DNA of 64,000 bases, from the NCBI GenBank assembly GCA_044892505.1, contig CM097882.1, positions 451,918,001-451,982,000 of the forward strand, read 5' to 3'. This stretch comes from Schmidtea nova (lineage: Eukaryota). Below the pieces are notes generated by a model. It made no database searches. It saw only the letters and a list, made by a program, of their open reading frames with translations, and was not told the origin of the DNA. Shown here piece by piece: positions 37,401 to 45,712 of this stretch (positions are counted from its first letter, which is position 1; each line of letters starts with the position of its first letter). The translations under genes were made by a program, and so were the position numbers.

Positions 37401-40400
37401 AAGAGGAAAACGTCTACAGGAGACAGTAAAAGGAGAGAAACCGTTCACAACTAAAGTACAAGAAAAAGAGGTGAGGATGAGGGAGACGCCAACAGTATTG
37501 GTTACATCAAACGCAAATATAGGAATGAGGTTTGTAAAAGGAAAACCGACATTAAAATGTGGTGTTTCTATGTTAGAAACGAATTACCCAGGTATTTATG
37601 TATCAAGACAAGCAGCACCAAATGCAAAACCCAAGGTAGATACTACAGACATCAAATTACACGTATATTTAAATAACAAATTGGATTTTTTATTTCACAA
37701 AGGCCAAGCATCAATGGAGAAAATATACTACGATCTCATTAACAGCGACTGTATATTGAACAGAGAAATATTAAAGACGAAATTAGCAGTAGCAATTACA
37801 AACCCGGATAGTGCTATGCCATTATTACCACTTAACGAAGGTCATTTTGGAAGAGTAGTTGGAGAAGTTATGTACGTATATATATGTCGAAAGACACAGG
37901 CAAACGTAGCAACAACGACCAGAATACGACAAGGACAATGTACCAATGAATTGGAAATTGAATATAAAGGGAAAATAAGATATGTACAACCAGTGACAAG
38001 GATCATTAATCCGGTCAGTTTTGAACCAAACCCTTTCAATTGCAGTAACGCATACGGACCACTATATCAGAAACCAGACGGAAATTGGGTCATGTTTCCG
38101 TCAAAATCAGAAGTACAACCACCTAGAGAATTTGAATTGATGCAACTTTCAAAAGGACGAAAATTTTCCAATATAGATGTAAATAATGGAGGAATTTACA
38201 GTGCAAAAGATCTCGAAGCAGCACGACAAAATATATTATTTCCAGCTAGGAGAGAAGCAGTATTATCTAGCATCGTAACGATAACAGGAGGAACAAGTTA
38301 TCAAGGAGGACCAAATTATGAATTATTACTGTCACCAGCACACTTTAGGAAAGCAACAGAAAATATGATGAAAGCAATGTGGGGACGATTTTTAATTTTC
38401 GGACAAATGATGGCCGGAATACTAGGTGTAATTTTAATCATACAAATAATACGAGTGATAATCACACAAATGCTAGCATGCTTTGATATTTATAAAAGAG
38501 AAAAGAAAGTTAATTGGAAATTAATAGCAGGATTTTTACCATTTTTAGCAAAAACGATGGTGTTACATGGTCACTCCAAAGATATTCACAGAATAAAACG
38601 ATTATTAAAAATACTGGCAAAAATGAAAGGAACGGATGAAGACGTGGGAAGAAAATTCAAAAAGATAATGACAGATGAACAAGCGAGACTACAATTAAAA
38701 AGAGAAAGAAAAGGATTATGGGAAAGAATAAGAGGAGATAAAACTCAAGATGATTCCAGTGATGACGATGATAACAATGACGACTGCGAAGGAGGGCAAA
38801 GGTACAGAAACCAAGCACCGCAATATAGCGACAAGAATCCAGCAGAAGCATGGAAATGTCACGCACCTCCACCAACAATGTACCAAGAACCATTACAGGT
38901 ATCAGGACACAGAGCAATGCAAATGATGCCAATGACAACTTTATATCCAATTATACCAGAAGATTATAAACTTAGACGATGTAGAAGTATGGATCCGCAA
39001 GACGATTCACTCACAATTGCAGTCATGACATCAAATATAGGACCAGTATTAACTACAACTATAGAAATAAATGGAAAAGAAATAGAAGCGATGATAGATA
39101 CAGGAGCAAATATTTCGGCGATAGATATCAAATGGATACCGCAAGAACAGAGACAAGAAATCGAAAGAACAAATGTTCATGTAATCGCATGTAGCAAAGA
39201 GATAGTTGAAGTTGCAGGAAGATGGTGGATAAAAATACGACACCAAAATATAGAAATCGAAACGTATGTAGCAGTAATACCAGCTTTAAGCGTACCATGT
39301 ATAATCGGAACAGATTTAATGCCAACACTATTTAAAGAAATAATCATCGATCTTGGAACAATGAGATTAAAGGACAGAACAGGGAAAATATGTGCTATGG
39401 AAGCAAAAGTAATAAACTCGAAACAAATAATGATACCGGAAGAAAGAATCATGACGAGATCACAAACAGTCAGAATAAATATGCTCAGAGCAGAGGAAAT
39501 TAACACAACTAGTCAAGTAGAAAGTGAGAAAATCGATGTTGACAAAGAAATCGTACGAAAAGCCAAAGAAATAAACGAAAGATGGGAAATCAGACAAGAA
39601 AAAGACGTATTATGGGATATACGACAAATAATTAGTGATTACGCACGAGGATGCCCAACCAAACCAATCATAATAGAATTACTAAAGAAAATACCAGAGA
39701 TACTCGTATTACAAGATACAGGAAGTGCAACTGCACTACACAATGCCATAAGTTGGGGTAAAACGGAAAAAGTAAAAGAATTTTTGAAAATAGCAAAAGA
39801 AACGAATCAAAATCTAGACATTGTAAATCGAGAATTAGAAACGCCAATGATGACAGCAACACTAAGCTTAGCAGATAAAGAAATAGTAGATATGCTGATC
39901 AACGCAGAATTCAACTGGACAGCTCGTGATAGAAGAGGAAACACAGTTTTAAACCATGCAATAATGAGTGAAAATCAAATGATACTAAAACATATAACAA
40001 CCAACCTCACATGGGAAATCGATGAATTAATCAAAGGAGAAATTATGAAGGAAGCGATTCGGAAAGGAAACACTAAAACCATATGGAAACTAATACAATG
40101 GAAATGGCCGAATAATAAAACATGGGTATTAGATATAAACAAAGAATTTAGCGAAGGACAGAACGCGCTATTGAGATACTTATTAGAGTTTACGTGCGAT
40201 CAGAGAACAATGTTAGCACTAATAAATAGAGGAAAAATAAATATTAGTAAAAACGAAGAGGAATATAAACTAGAAGTCGAAAAGAAAGCGTTATTCAGGA
40301 AAATTTGGATATGGTGTCAAAAACAACTACGCAAAGACATAAGCTACAAAAATCTAAATGATTTCCAAGAAAAGTATAAAACGATAATAAAGGAATACAA

Positions 40401-40656
40401 GAAGCTAGTGGAGATATTAAACGATCCAGAAAAATTTAATCAAGCAATAAATCAGAAAGAAGAAGAAAGTAAAAGGATACTCACACCATTGTTCAACGCG
40501 AAGCTAGATTACCAAGAAAGATTAGATGCAATACACAAAAAAGCAAAGGAACTATTACCAGAATTCAAAAATACTAAATACGCCTTGGAAATACTTGGCG
40601 CGATAGTAGAAAAGTACACGCGTACGCGAAAGGAATATATAATGGAAACGACATAA
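31420..40656 (+). CDS. 3078-aa polyprotein: Gag - 3x CCHC - ubiquitin-like domains - AT-hook - Bcl-2-like - signal/TM - chuvirus-type fusion glycoprotein - TM - retropepsin - ankyrin repeats; true start uncertain
   Basis: Gag FNGDASKLETFLKEF..QLYLKDSALD; CQTCGKLGHWQQEC, CKTCGRKGHSENRC, CYNCGQPGHMAKNC; RRPRGRPK; EPYVISKGGWETFV; VEGATA|FEVFDC; FGQMMAGILGVILII; AMIDTGANISAI..IIGTDLM; TALHNAISWG, RGNTVLNHAI. The frame is open from 31327, but the first ATG is about 120 codons in. Confidence 0.92.
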   Translation: MRSRAVSATIEKVDNSQRNKSKQRATSATKKTNPKGSKSRRVIVEKSKIENSKLTKTNESETEESSSETYDNYNNTEASDNESINTEEVEAEIDNNSNETNNEHTSETRGNESKTTQDSGIEMNEHKEEIKDKFTGEPFNGDASKLETFLKEFGIFVEVCKWKPETIRSRIQLYLKDSALDLYLEAKNSDDQLDSWEKIKNFFQQTFGINKVLNEAFTEFSMRKQKVNESNAVYASELKKLAKLAFNQNSPMSSELMAAIFVGGLRRPDIRAQVGCQGCKTIDEALEIANRFELHMIGSEGRIYLAMDTTQNEQAMKINNHIPNSQQLNRPPPQRRNEGNKVQNFGNQNNYNTQGQTKQCQTCGKLGHWQQECFVNLNCKTCGRKGHSENRCYQRSCYNCGQPGHMAKNCQQQNNQLRNWSNNGNRQNYANQQNNGNRQSYGNQQSNYNQNKSTTKEIHLLQEVQRLTELINNTPRGNQQTNQQQMNMMRKVESENERLNRESQARHAQEWARIQREDEQKRQERERQPLRINMMRATNQTRDNKEDIEPETNRINPNPEDEENQKEIVQENEEVIKQKRMLVVMPNDHVFRFEYDEKEEVGVLINKVNKTIPGMTKLPREAILQTEDEAAIKLKPTDIWKDLGVPMNKMKVTVIQEIEENNDEEKSKPVTKVKSRALKIFEERIKQRKAMEIEKRRGQIEESGTNDKKEGIPQKNVPDKVEQTALINMLRNLTREFSDVESDSDVSSLAGDMLKEPENEDNKIEVAKTPENIQIKEDEIQKLLDNALEVIYNEEFIDKKRYRKFIRAVFRTNYKERLQSRELEILSGYVVKLLEEPLHEYIILIEINECSPRIWIKSPCTNEIYRWVEDRLGSSYKNKFIYSGNELVRRATHLVETGIWPGEIKTLSICDNKKEENLQEIAKEANMCFEMRIKPQLVERKERILRENLNSLIEQIIQQIDKNREELTKTEYEKLKQCIENIRDTSHTRHSSYKTWKVIAKMGKAMFKRGEIGDLKIKVKLPNEDTKEIEVIADCTIEELVDVINETLLQREKEDELEDDIIMKYNEHVLGDHDERRLYKIGIWDNYQTIHVIRMDDTPRETPKDEKRRQERRREEMHKLRQIIEIYRRWQIQPEWENVLGELNFNERRLIPVEKHWEVKEKCWKAKGGIYEEEFRPEMEDKYEPEIRRVCMVTRKVMPTDLDGPETAAIWLETQKRKADELIELLKGNVQGKRRTIKGLAEFFVAGGEDIISLRKVAKVVTEYKRVNEWCPEQLDNVIKKWRNQENSQEPPQKIHLRIIYPDREKEELWVRLTEKIRDVKKRLKYEPPFHLQHQGRSLENDMEIWITPAQLELANTLTVDAIAGQPLKLKEKRIKESGDTQNLRKTMQIKPGTSARQYETTSIKIQERTRPQPYDTEEILTDSDDMLEELAKLTKEKGNNIFERVQELPTTSQAINTQDEVEQEIEIEEVNEISEEEARGANTEKERLTQEMEKWWEQRNNEPRDVTEETGRETRLIEAGTTMDRRPRGRPKTDPANIINKTKEERRQEKWELCLKKLNKIAEAKDQEITQKCQGEGWISKTLMEILAIIDPELKKWWRINEISDKAKALHSAIAPILPELIKEKTKSSHLDWQGTTTLIKRLTEDAENDNKYVIAIAYTIYNLLTLSRGNPKSMAIEKHIKNTAGIIAKEIEPYVISKGGWETFVKTNQRNSQAKNMKKKFEEILGELEKEKSGTGGGKPSLNLNSIIMMILIWLISVEGATAFEVFDCDQMALGEKYSLRGTEQCKDATPTELKVLHSKQIYHVYQEADLIKTTVNECKIYKTRFAFYCGHRHYSAIVMPGTEREAIMLQGEDCNKLFKHGEVETRDRIKIRGKAGVILQQTYYVAGAITGGEGYCQGATYPIFGVPATNLVVIDTYTVELKAYEAYFDPATGEMKTLSMCKIEASTCQTGMSTLTYRAKANECQLQLLKEAEFDEVQGKIFQEEYDDEVARGKRLQETVKGEKPFTTKVQEKEVRMRETPTVLVTSNANIGMRFVKGKPTLKCGVSMLETNYPGIYVSRQAAPNAKPKVDTTDIKLHVYLNNKLDFLFHKGQASMEKIYYDLINSDCILNREILKTKLAVAITNPDSAMPLLPLNEGHFGRVVGEVMYVYICRKTQANVATTTRIRQGQCTNELEIEYKGKIRYVQPVTRIINPVSFEPNPFNCSNAYGPLYQKPDGNWVMFPSKSEVQPPREFELMQLSKGRKFSNIDVNNGGIYSAKDLEAARQNILFPARREAVLSSIVTITGGTSYQGGPNYELLLSPAHFRKATENMMKAMWGRFLIFGQMMAGILGVILIIQIIRVIITQMLACFDIYKREKKVNWKLIAGFLPFLAKTMVLHGHSKDIHRIKRLLKILAKMKGTDEDVGRKFKKIMTDEQARLQLKRERKGLWERIRGDKTQDDSSDDDDNNDDCEGGQRYRNQAPQYSDKNPAEAWKCHAPPPTMYQEPLQVSGHRAMQMMPMTTLYPIIPEDYKLRRCRSMDPQDDSLTIAVMTSNIGPVLTTTIEINGKEIEAMIDTGANISAIDIKWIPQEQRQEIERTNVHVIACSKEIVEVAGRWWIKIRHQNIEIETYVAVIPALSVPCIIGTDLMPTLFKEIIIDLGTMRLKDRTGKICAMEAKVINSKQIMIPEERIMTRSQTVRINMLRAEEINTTSQVESEKIDVDKEIVRKAKEINERWEIRQEKDVLWDIRQIISDYARGCPTKPIIIELLKKIPEILVLQDTGSATALHNAISWGKTEKVKEFLKIAKETNQNLDIVNRELETPMMTATLSLADKEIVDMLINAEFNWTARDRRGNTVLNHAIMSENQMILKHITTNLTWEIDELIKGEIMKEAIRKGNTKTIWKLIQWKWPNNKTWVLDINKEFSEGQNALLRYLLEFTCDQRTMLALINRGKINISKNEEEYKLEVEKKALFRKIWIWCQKQLRKDISYKNLNDFQEKYKTIIKEYKKLVEILNDPEKFNQAINQKEEESKRILTPLFNAKLDYQERLDAIHKKAKELLPEFKNTKYALEILGAIVEKYTRTRKEYIMETT

Positions 40657-40673
40657 TAATTATAAAAAGAGAA

Positions 40674-43600
40674 ATGCCAGTTGCGTTTTTATTAACAAAA
40701 GAAAGAATAATGCCGATTCATAGAGCATTGAGAGCAGGAAAAGACAGTAAAGTAATCGAAATCGCAAGATTAATGCATCAATGTGGATGTGATATGAATA
40801 TGATAGATGAAAAAGGAGACACCCTCATGGTATACGCAGCAAGAGCAAAAACAAAAATCAAAGTATTAGAAGAGTTATATAAAGCAGGCGCAGGATTAAT
40901 CGGAAAAACTGTCAAAGACAACTCAATATTAGACGTGACATTATTAGGTCCAAACTGGGAAATGTTGAATTTCATTAAAACGATAACAAACCAAGAAGAG
41001 ATAGATTATTTAACAGAAACCGTAAAAGGACCAAGCGTATTGACAATGATGCAAAACATCAAATTGACAGAAGAAGTATTAAACTGGAAAATACCAAATA
41101 CAAATAAACCAGCATTTAAAGTTAACAAGTTTATGGAGAAAAATCGAAATTGGTGTATCCAAAGCGCACTAATAACTTATATATGGCCCGAAATTGTAGA
41201 AATTTTTATGAGAAGAGAAGACCTGAGATTTACAAACAAGCCTAAAGAAACGGAAAAGGTAGTTAAATGGAAAGAATTGATGAAAACACACCTTCAAAGA
41301 TGGATAAAAGCCAAGAAAGAAATTATACAGTATCAGTTAGACAACAAAAAGATACCCGAAGATATAGAATTCCAAGAATTCGAAGCAAGTAATTTAACAT
41401 CACTATATTATGCAAAACTAATAGAAACAAGTAATGTCGAGGACGACATTTTTAACGAGCCAGGGAGAGATAATAATACTGACAATGACGATGACGATGA
41501 AGAAAACAAGGACGACGAGAGAAATAATGACGACGAAAGAAATAAAGACGATGATGATGATCACGGAAACCCAGATAACCACGAACAAACCAACAAAGAA
41601 GACGAGAATCAAGAGAGAAATACAAAGAACCACGAATCCAAAGAACAAAGAGAAGACAACCCTAAAAACAATCATGAAAAGAAAGGAACAAGTTACAGAA
41701 GGAATCCATTATTCAGACCAGAAGTATTAATGTTCGCACTAATCATAACATTTATGGGACAATGTGAAGCAACGGAACAAGAGATATCAGTAGAAATGGA
41801 AATACCAATACAAAAAGCATCAACGCAAATAATGAATTCAAAGGATATTGAACAAGTATGTTGGGTAAAAGAGAATGAAATTCTCGGAGATAACAACCTA
41901 TTACGATGTATAATACCAAACCCCGAGCGAAAAACCATAATAGTAGACGAAATGGATATGGAGACATGGTACAGAATATGTACTATCAGAAAACCCAAGG
42001 ACGAAAAATCACACAAAATAGTTACATGCCAAGTATACAAGACACCCAAAGTTCGATACGAGTTCGCCAATGGAATAGACCTTCCAGGACCATTTTATTT
42101 TAAAATAACAAGAGAACCAGCATCAAGAAAAGTCTTACAACCACCAAGAACCAAGATAACAACACCAAGTATAAGGAATACAACGGATAAACCAGAAGCA
42201 AACGGAAGAAATACAACGGTTAAACCAGAACCAAAAAGACGAACGAAACAAACCACAAGAGTAATCTATAACTCCAAGTTGTTATGTATAGCACTTATTA
42301 TGACAATACTGAAGCGATTGGAAGAAGGGATAGAAATGGATACAATGACATTAATAGACATGGAAGAGACACGAATGACAAATCAAAAATGTTGGTTTAG
42401 AAACGATGAAAAATTAGAATTAAAGGAATCAAGAGAAATTCGAAAATTGGAAGCGAGTAAAACGAACAAAGTAATCAAGATAATAAAGATAAAAACAGAC
42501 AGAATTCATAAACTATGTTTATTGGAAAAAGAGAGAAACAAGAAAGGAATAACCAATTGTAAAACATCCCAAGCAGGGAAAATAATAACGTTTGCAAGAA
42601 AGATGGGGAAAAGAAACAAACAAAATTTCCAGAAATTAACCATAACGTTAGAAATGACGGGAATAGAACAAAACGTAAAAGGAGTATGCTGGAGAAAATA
42701 CGAGAAAGAAGCGAACAAACACAAATCAGCACAATGTCAAACAGTTGTTAGAGGAACAACTGCAGTGCAAATAAAAAGCTTAGAAAGAAATCAAACGTAT
42801 GAAATATGCCTAGTAAAAGAAAATGATCAAATAACGAAAGAAGATTTAGAATGCAGAATATACAAAGCACCGAACAGAGTAAAAACCATTAAAGCAATAC
42901 GAAAGAATAAAAGACAACAAAAACCGAAGCATACCACTACCGAAAGTCAAACAGAACCAGAGAGAAAAACCTCAGCAACACTTATACTTTGGAAATTGGA
43001 TGACAAAACAGTAGAAATATGTTGGTCAATGATCAAGAAATACGAAGAAAGACAACCACAACAATGCGAAAAGATGAATAAAGAAGAGGAGATCAGAATT
43101 CAGAACCTACAATTGGACAAACAATACGAAATATGCGCAATAGAGAAGACAGATAAATTCGGAAACCAGCAAGAAAAATGTGGAAACTACTATACACCGA
43201 CAAATACAACGATCAAAGGAAGAATCAAGAAACTAACTTTCGGAGAACTCAATCAAACAACGAAACAAATGGAAAACGAGGAAGCAATAATAGATTCTTA
43301 TGCCAAATGGAAACCAGAAAAAGTAATCCATGAAGTCAAAAGGAAACAACAAGAACGACAACAATTGGAACTCAAATTAAAAGGACAATATGGACCAATG
43401 ATTAATCAAAGCAAATTCACCCAAATCAATATTAACAAACAAGGAAGAGAACTAATTGGAGTAGGAATATTGGCAGTATGCGTACCAATAATAATAATAT
43501 TATCAATAATATGGTTATGGGACATAATAAAAAAGAAACCAACCAGACAATGGCCAGATATAAAGATCATGAATTGTAAAATCAAAATACCTGAAGAAGT

Positions 43601-43697
43601 GAAGAAAGAATTCCAAAGAAGAACCAAAGGCAAAGAATTTTGGAAGCAAATAGAAGACGAGGAGCGACACGATGAAAAAGCAGTGATGATAGTATAG
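40674..43697 (+). CDS. 1007-aa protein: ankyrin repeats - acidic D/N/E linker - hydrophobic signal/TM - four FN3-like Cys/Trp repeats - C-terminal TM
   Basis: MPIHRALRAG, KGDTLMVYAARA (ankyrin); four repeats CW..C..(I)xxLxxxxxYxIC..C; TM LIGVGILAVCVPIIIILSIIWLW followed by KKK. Confidence 0.8.
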   Translation: MPVAFLLTKERIMPIHRALRAGKDSKVIEIARLMHQCGCDMNMIDEKGDTLMVYAARAKTKIKVLEELYKAGAGLIGKTVKDNSILDVTLLGPNWEMLNFIKTITNQEEIDYLTETVKGPSVLTMMQNIKLTEEVLNWKIPNTNKPAFKVNKFMEKNRNWCIQSALITYIWPEIVEIFMRREDLRFTNKPKETEKVVKWKELMKTHLQRWIKAKKEIIQYQLDNKKIPEDIEFQEFEASNLTSLYYAKLIETSNVEDDIFNEPGRDNNTDNDDDDEENKDDERNNDDERNKDDDDDHGNPDNHEQTNKEDENQERNTKNHESKEQREDNPKNNHEKKGTSYRRNPLFRPEVLMFALIITFMGQCEATEQEISVEMEIPIQKASTQIMNSKDIEQVCWVKENEILGDNNLLRCIIPNPERKTIIVDEMDMETWYRICTIRKPKDEKSHKIVTCQVYKTPKVRYEFANGIDLPGPFYFKITREPASRKVLQPPRTKITTPSIRNTTDKPEANGRNTTVKPEPKRRTKQTTRVIYNSKLLCIALIMTILKRLEEGIEMDTMTLIDMEETRMTNQKCWFRNDEKLELKESREIRKLEASKTNKVIKIIKIKTDRIHKLCLLEKERNKKGITNCKTSQAGKIITFARKMGKRNKQNFQKLTITLEMTGIEQNVKGVCWRKYEKEANKHKSAQCQTVVRGTTAVQIKSLERNQTYEICLVKENDQITKEDLECRIYKAPNRVKTIKAIRKNKRQQKPKHTTTESQTEPERKTSATLILWKLDDKTVEICWSMIKKYEERQPQQCEKMNKEEEIRIQNLQLDKQYEICAIEKTDKFGNQQEKCGNYYTPTNTTIKGRIKKLTFGELNQTTKQMENEEAIIDSYAKWKPEKVIHEVKRKQQERQQLELKLKGQYGPMINQSKFTQININKQGRELIGVGILAVCVPIIIILSIIWLWDIIKKKPTRQWPDIKIMNCKIKIPEEVKKEFQRRTKGKEFWKQIEDEERHDEKAVMIV

Positions 43698-43852
43698 AGG
43701 GTGGGATATGACTGTAAATAATATTGTAAATTACAAAGCATTACCGTATATAGTATGGGTATTAGTATTATAGAGTATATAAAAAGAGAAAAGAGAAAAA
43801 TAATAATGTATTTTAGAAAACGAATGTACGAGAAGAAACAACCGAAACGACT

Positions 43853-44155
43853 ATGATTATGCGATGGAAAGCACAATGTGAAACGTTAGTTCGATCAATC
43901 AATGCACTACAGAATCAATTGGTAGAGAAGCAAAATATATTAGCAGATTGCTACAACAATATCTTTGAACAATTACATAAAATAGAAGAGCAACAGAGAA
44001 TAATAACAGAACTGACAAGAGAGAATCAGAGATTGAGACAAACAGCGGAAATGAATCAACTATCAAGAAGAGATGAATCAGAAGGTCAATGGCTAGATTG
44101 GGTAATAAATGGATTAGAGAATGGTATGGAACCAGATTCAACGAGCGAACCATAG
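43853..44155 (+). CDS. 100-aa coiled-coil protein with acidic tail, unknown function
   Basis: Sense-strand ORF with the same A-rich codon style as its neighbours; heptad pattern. Confidence 0.55.
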   Translation: MIMRWKAQCETLVRSINALQNQLVEKQNILADCYNNIFEQLHKIEEQQRIITELTRENQRLRQTAEMNQLSRRDESEGQWLDWVINGLENGMEPDSTSEP

Positions 44156-44251
44156 TCAAATTGTAGCGGAAAATTGTATATATGTAAAAATAAAACTCTA
44201 GAAAAATCAAAAACAAAGAACAAATCAATGTGTGTATATATTATTGTAGAA

Positions 44252-45607
44252 ATGGATAAAGAGGAACGAGCAGTCGAGATTTTGAGAGCAGCAAACAGAA
44301 ATTGGAACAAGAGATTTGTATGTGGATATTGTAATAATTTATTACGGAAACCAAAGCAAACCGCCTGTGGATGTAGATTATGCACCAGATGTGTACAAAT
44401 GTTAGAACTAAAGAAAATAACAGAATGTCCAGAATGTAAAGAAGGACAAATAGTATTAGACGAAACAAGACCAGATAGAGCAACTCAGAGAGAAATCATG
44501 AGCATATTAATTGAATGTATAAATCCACCGTGCATATGGCAAGGACAAATCAGCGAAATTGAAAATCATATAGAAAATTGTGAAGAAAAGAGAAGCGAAT
44601 GTGAAAAGTGTAAAGAAACGATAATTTTAAAAGACAAAGAGAAACACAGAGGTGAATGCAAAGAGGAAGAAATCGCATGTGAATATTGCGAAATTCGAGA
44701 AACAAGGAGAAAATTTGAAGAGGAGCACATCAATATAAAAGAAGAGAGAATATGCGAACAGTATGTAGGAGTGTGCCCAAACAAATGTGAAATTACCGAA
44801 GAAGTGAAATTACGAGAACATTGGGAAAAGTGTACAGAAATACCAAGAGAATGTCCTTACAACAGATATGGATGCAAGGAAAAGAAGTCTCAACAAAATA
44901 TGAAACAACATTTAGAAACAGAAGCAATCAATCATATTGAAATGACAGACAGAACAATTCAGAAATTAGAAAAAGAAGTGGAATCTCATAAAATAATGAT
45001 GAACCTATTATTAGAAACGAGAGAACAGTTTGAATTAACCCGAAGAAAGATGGAAAAGAAAATAATAGCCATCAAGGAATTAGCAAAAGGAATGAAAGTG
45101 CAATATAACAAGTTAATACAAGAAATTGATGAGAAAAAAGATTTACCAATAGCACCTTATGTGTGGAAAATAACGGATTTCCGAAATAAATTGGAAGATG
45201 CACGAAGCTTCAAGAAAACTGCGGTAATAAGCCCACCATTTTACTTATGGAAAAACGGGGCTAAAGTGAGATTGAAAGTATACCCAAACGGAGATGGGAC
45301 AAGTATTGGAAAACACGTATCGATATTTTTTGCGTTTTGCAAAGGAGAATATGACGATTTAATCGATTGGCCGATAGGAGTAGGAGTAATGATAAAAATC
45401 AGGGGTTTAAACGAGACCATAGAAAAGAGATTCACGACAGAAAAAGGAGCAGTTACGAGTAACAGACCAACAGAAGAATGTGGATTAGCAAGTGGAGAAC
45501 CACACTTTGTATTACAAAGCAAGATATGGGGATTATTGTATGAGGACACCTTATACATAGAAATGGAAAGGAACGAGAAGGCAGATAGAAAAGGATGGTT
45601 GGCGTAG
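44252..45607 (+). CDS. TRAF-family protein (RING, TRAF zinc fingers, coiled coil, MATH/TRAF-C), intronless
   Basis: CGYCNNLLRKPKQTACGCRLCTRC..CPEC; C-N--C-W-G-----E-H---C; PYVWKITDF..ISPPFY....AKVRLKVYPNGDG...GKHVSIFF..KGEYDDLIDWP. The likely ATG is 44252 (alternative 44228; the frame is open from 44174). Confidence 0.95.
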   Translation: MDKEERAVEILRAANRNWNKRFVCGYCNNLLRKPKQTACGCRLCTRCVQMLELKKITECPECKEGQIVLDETRPDRATQREIMSILIECINPPCIWQGQISEIENHIENCEEKRSECEKCKETIILKDKEKHRGECKEEEIACEYCEIRETRRKFEEEHINIKEERICEQYVGVCPNKCEITEEVKLREHWEKCTEIPRECPYNRYGCKEKKSQQNMKQHLETEAINHIEMTDRTIQKLEKEVESHKIMMNLLLETREQFELTRRKMEKKIIAIKELAKGMKVQYNKLIQEIDEKKDLPIAPYVWKITDFRNKLEDARSFKKTAVISPPFYLWKNGAKVRLKVYPNGDGTSIGKHVSIFFAFCKGEYDDLIDWPIGVGVMIKIRGLNETIEKRFTTEKGAVTSNRPTEECGLASGEPHFVLQSKIWGLLYEDTLYIEMERNEKADRKGWLA

Positions 45608-45712
45608 CAAGAGAAAATGATCGTGTAAATAAACTGTACAAAACAATATAAAATGATAAATAAACAAAAATAATAAAAGTAGTTTGATTGAAAATATTTG
45701 TAATTATAGAAA

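Noticed and set aside
39340-43697. Expected RT/RNase H/integrase downstream of the protease
   Set aside because: No YxDD, LPxG, RNase H or HHCC/DDE motifs seen; the sequence is ankyrin/FN3-like.
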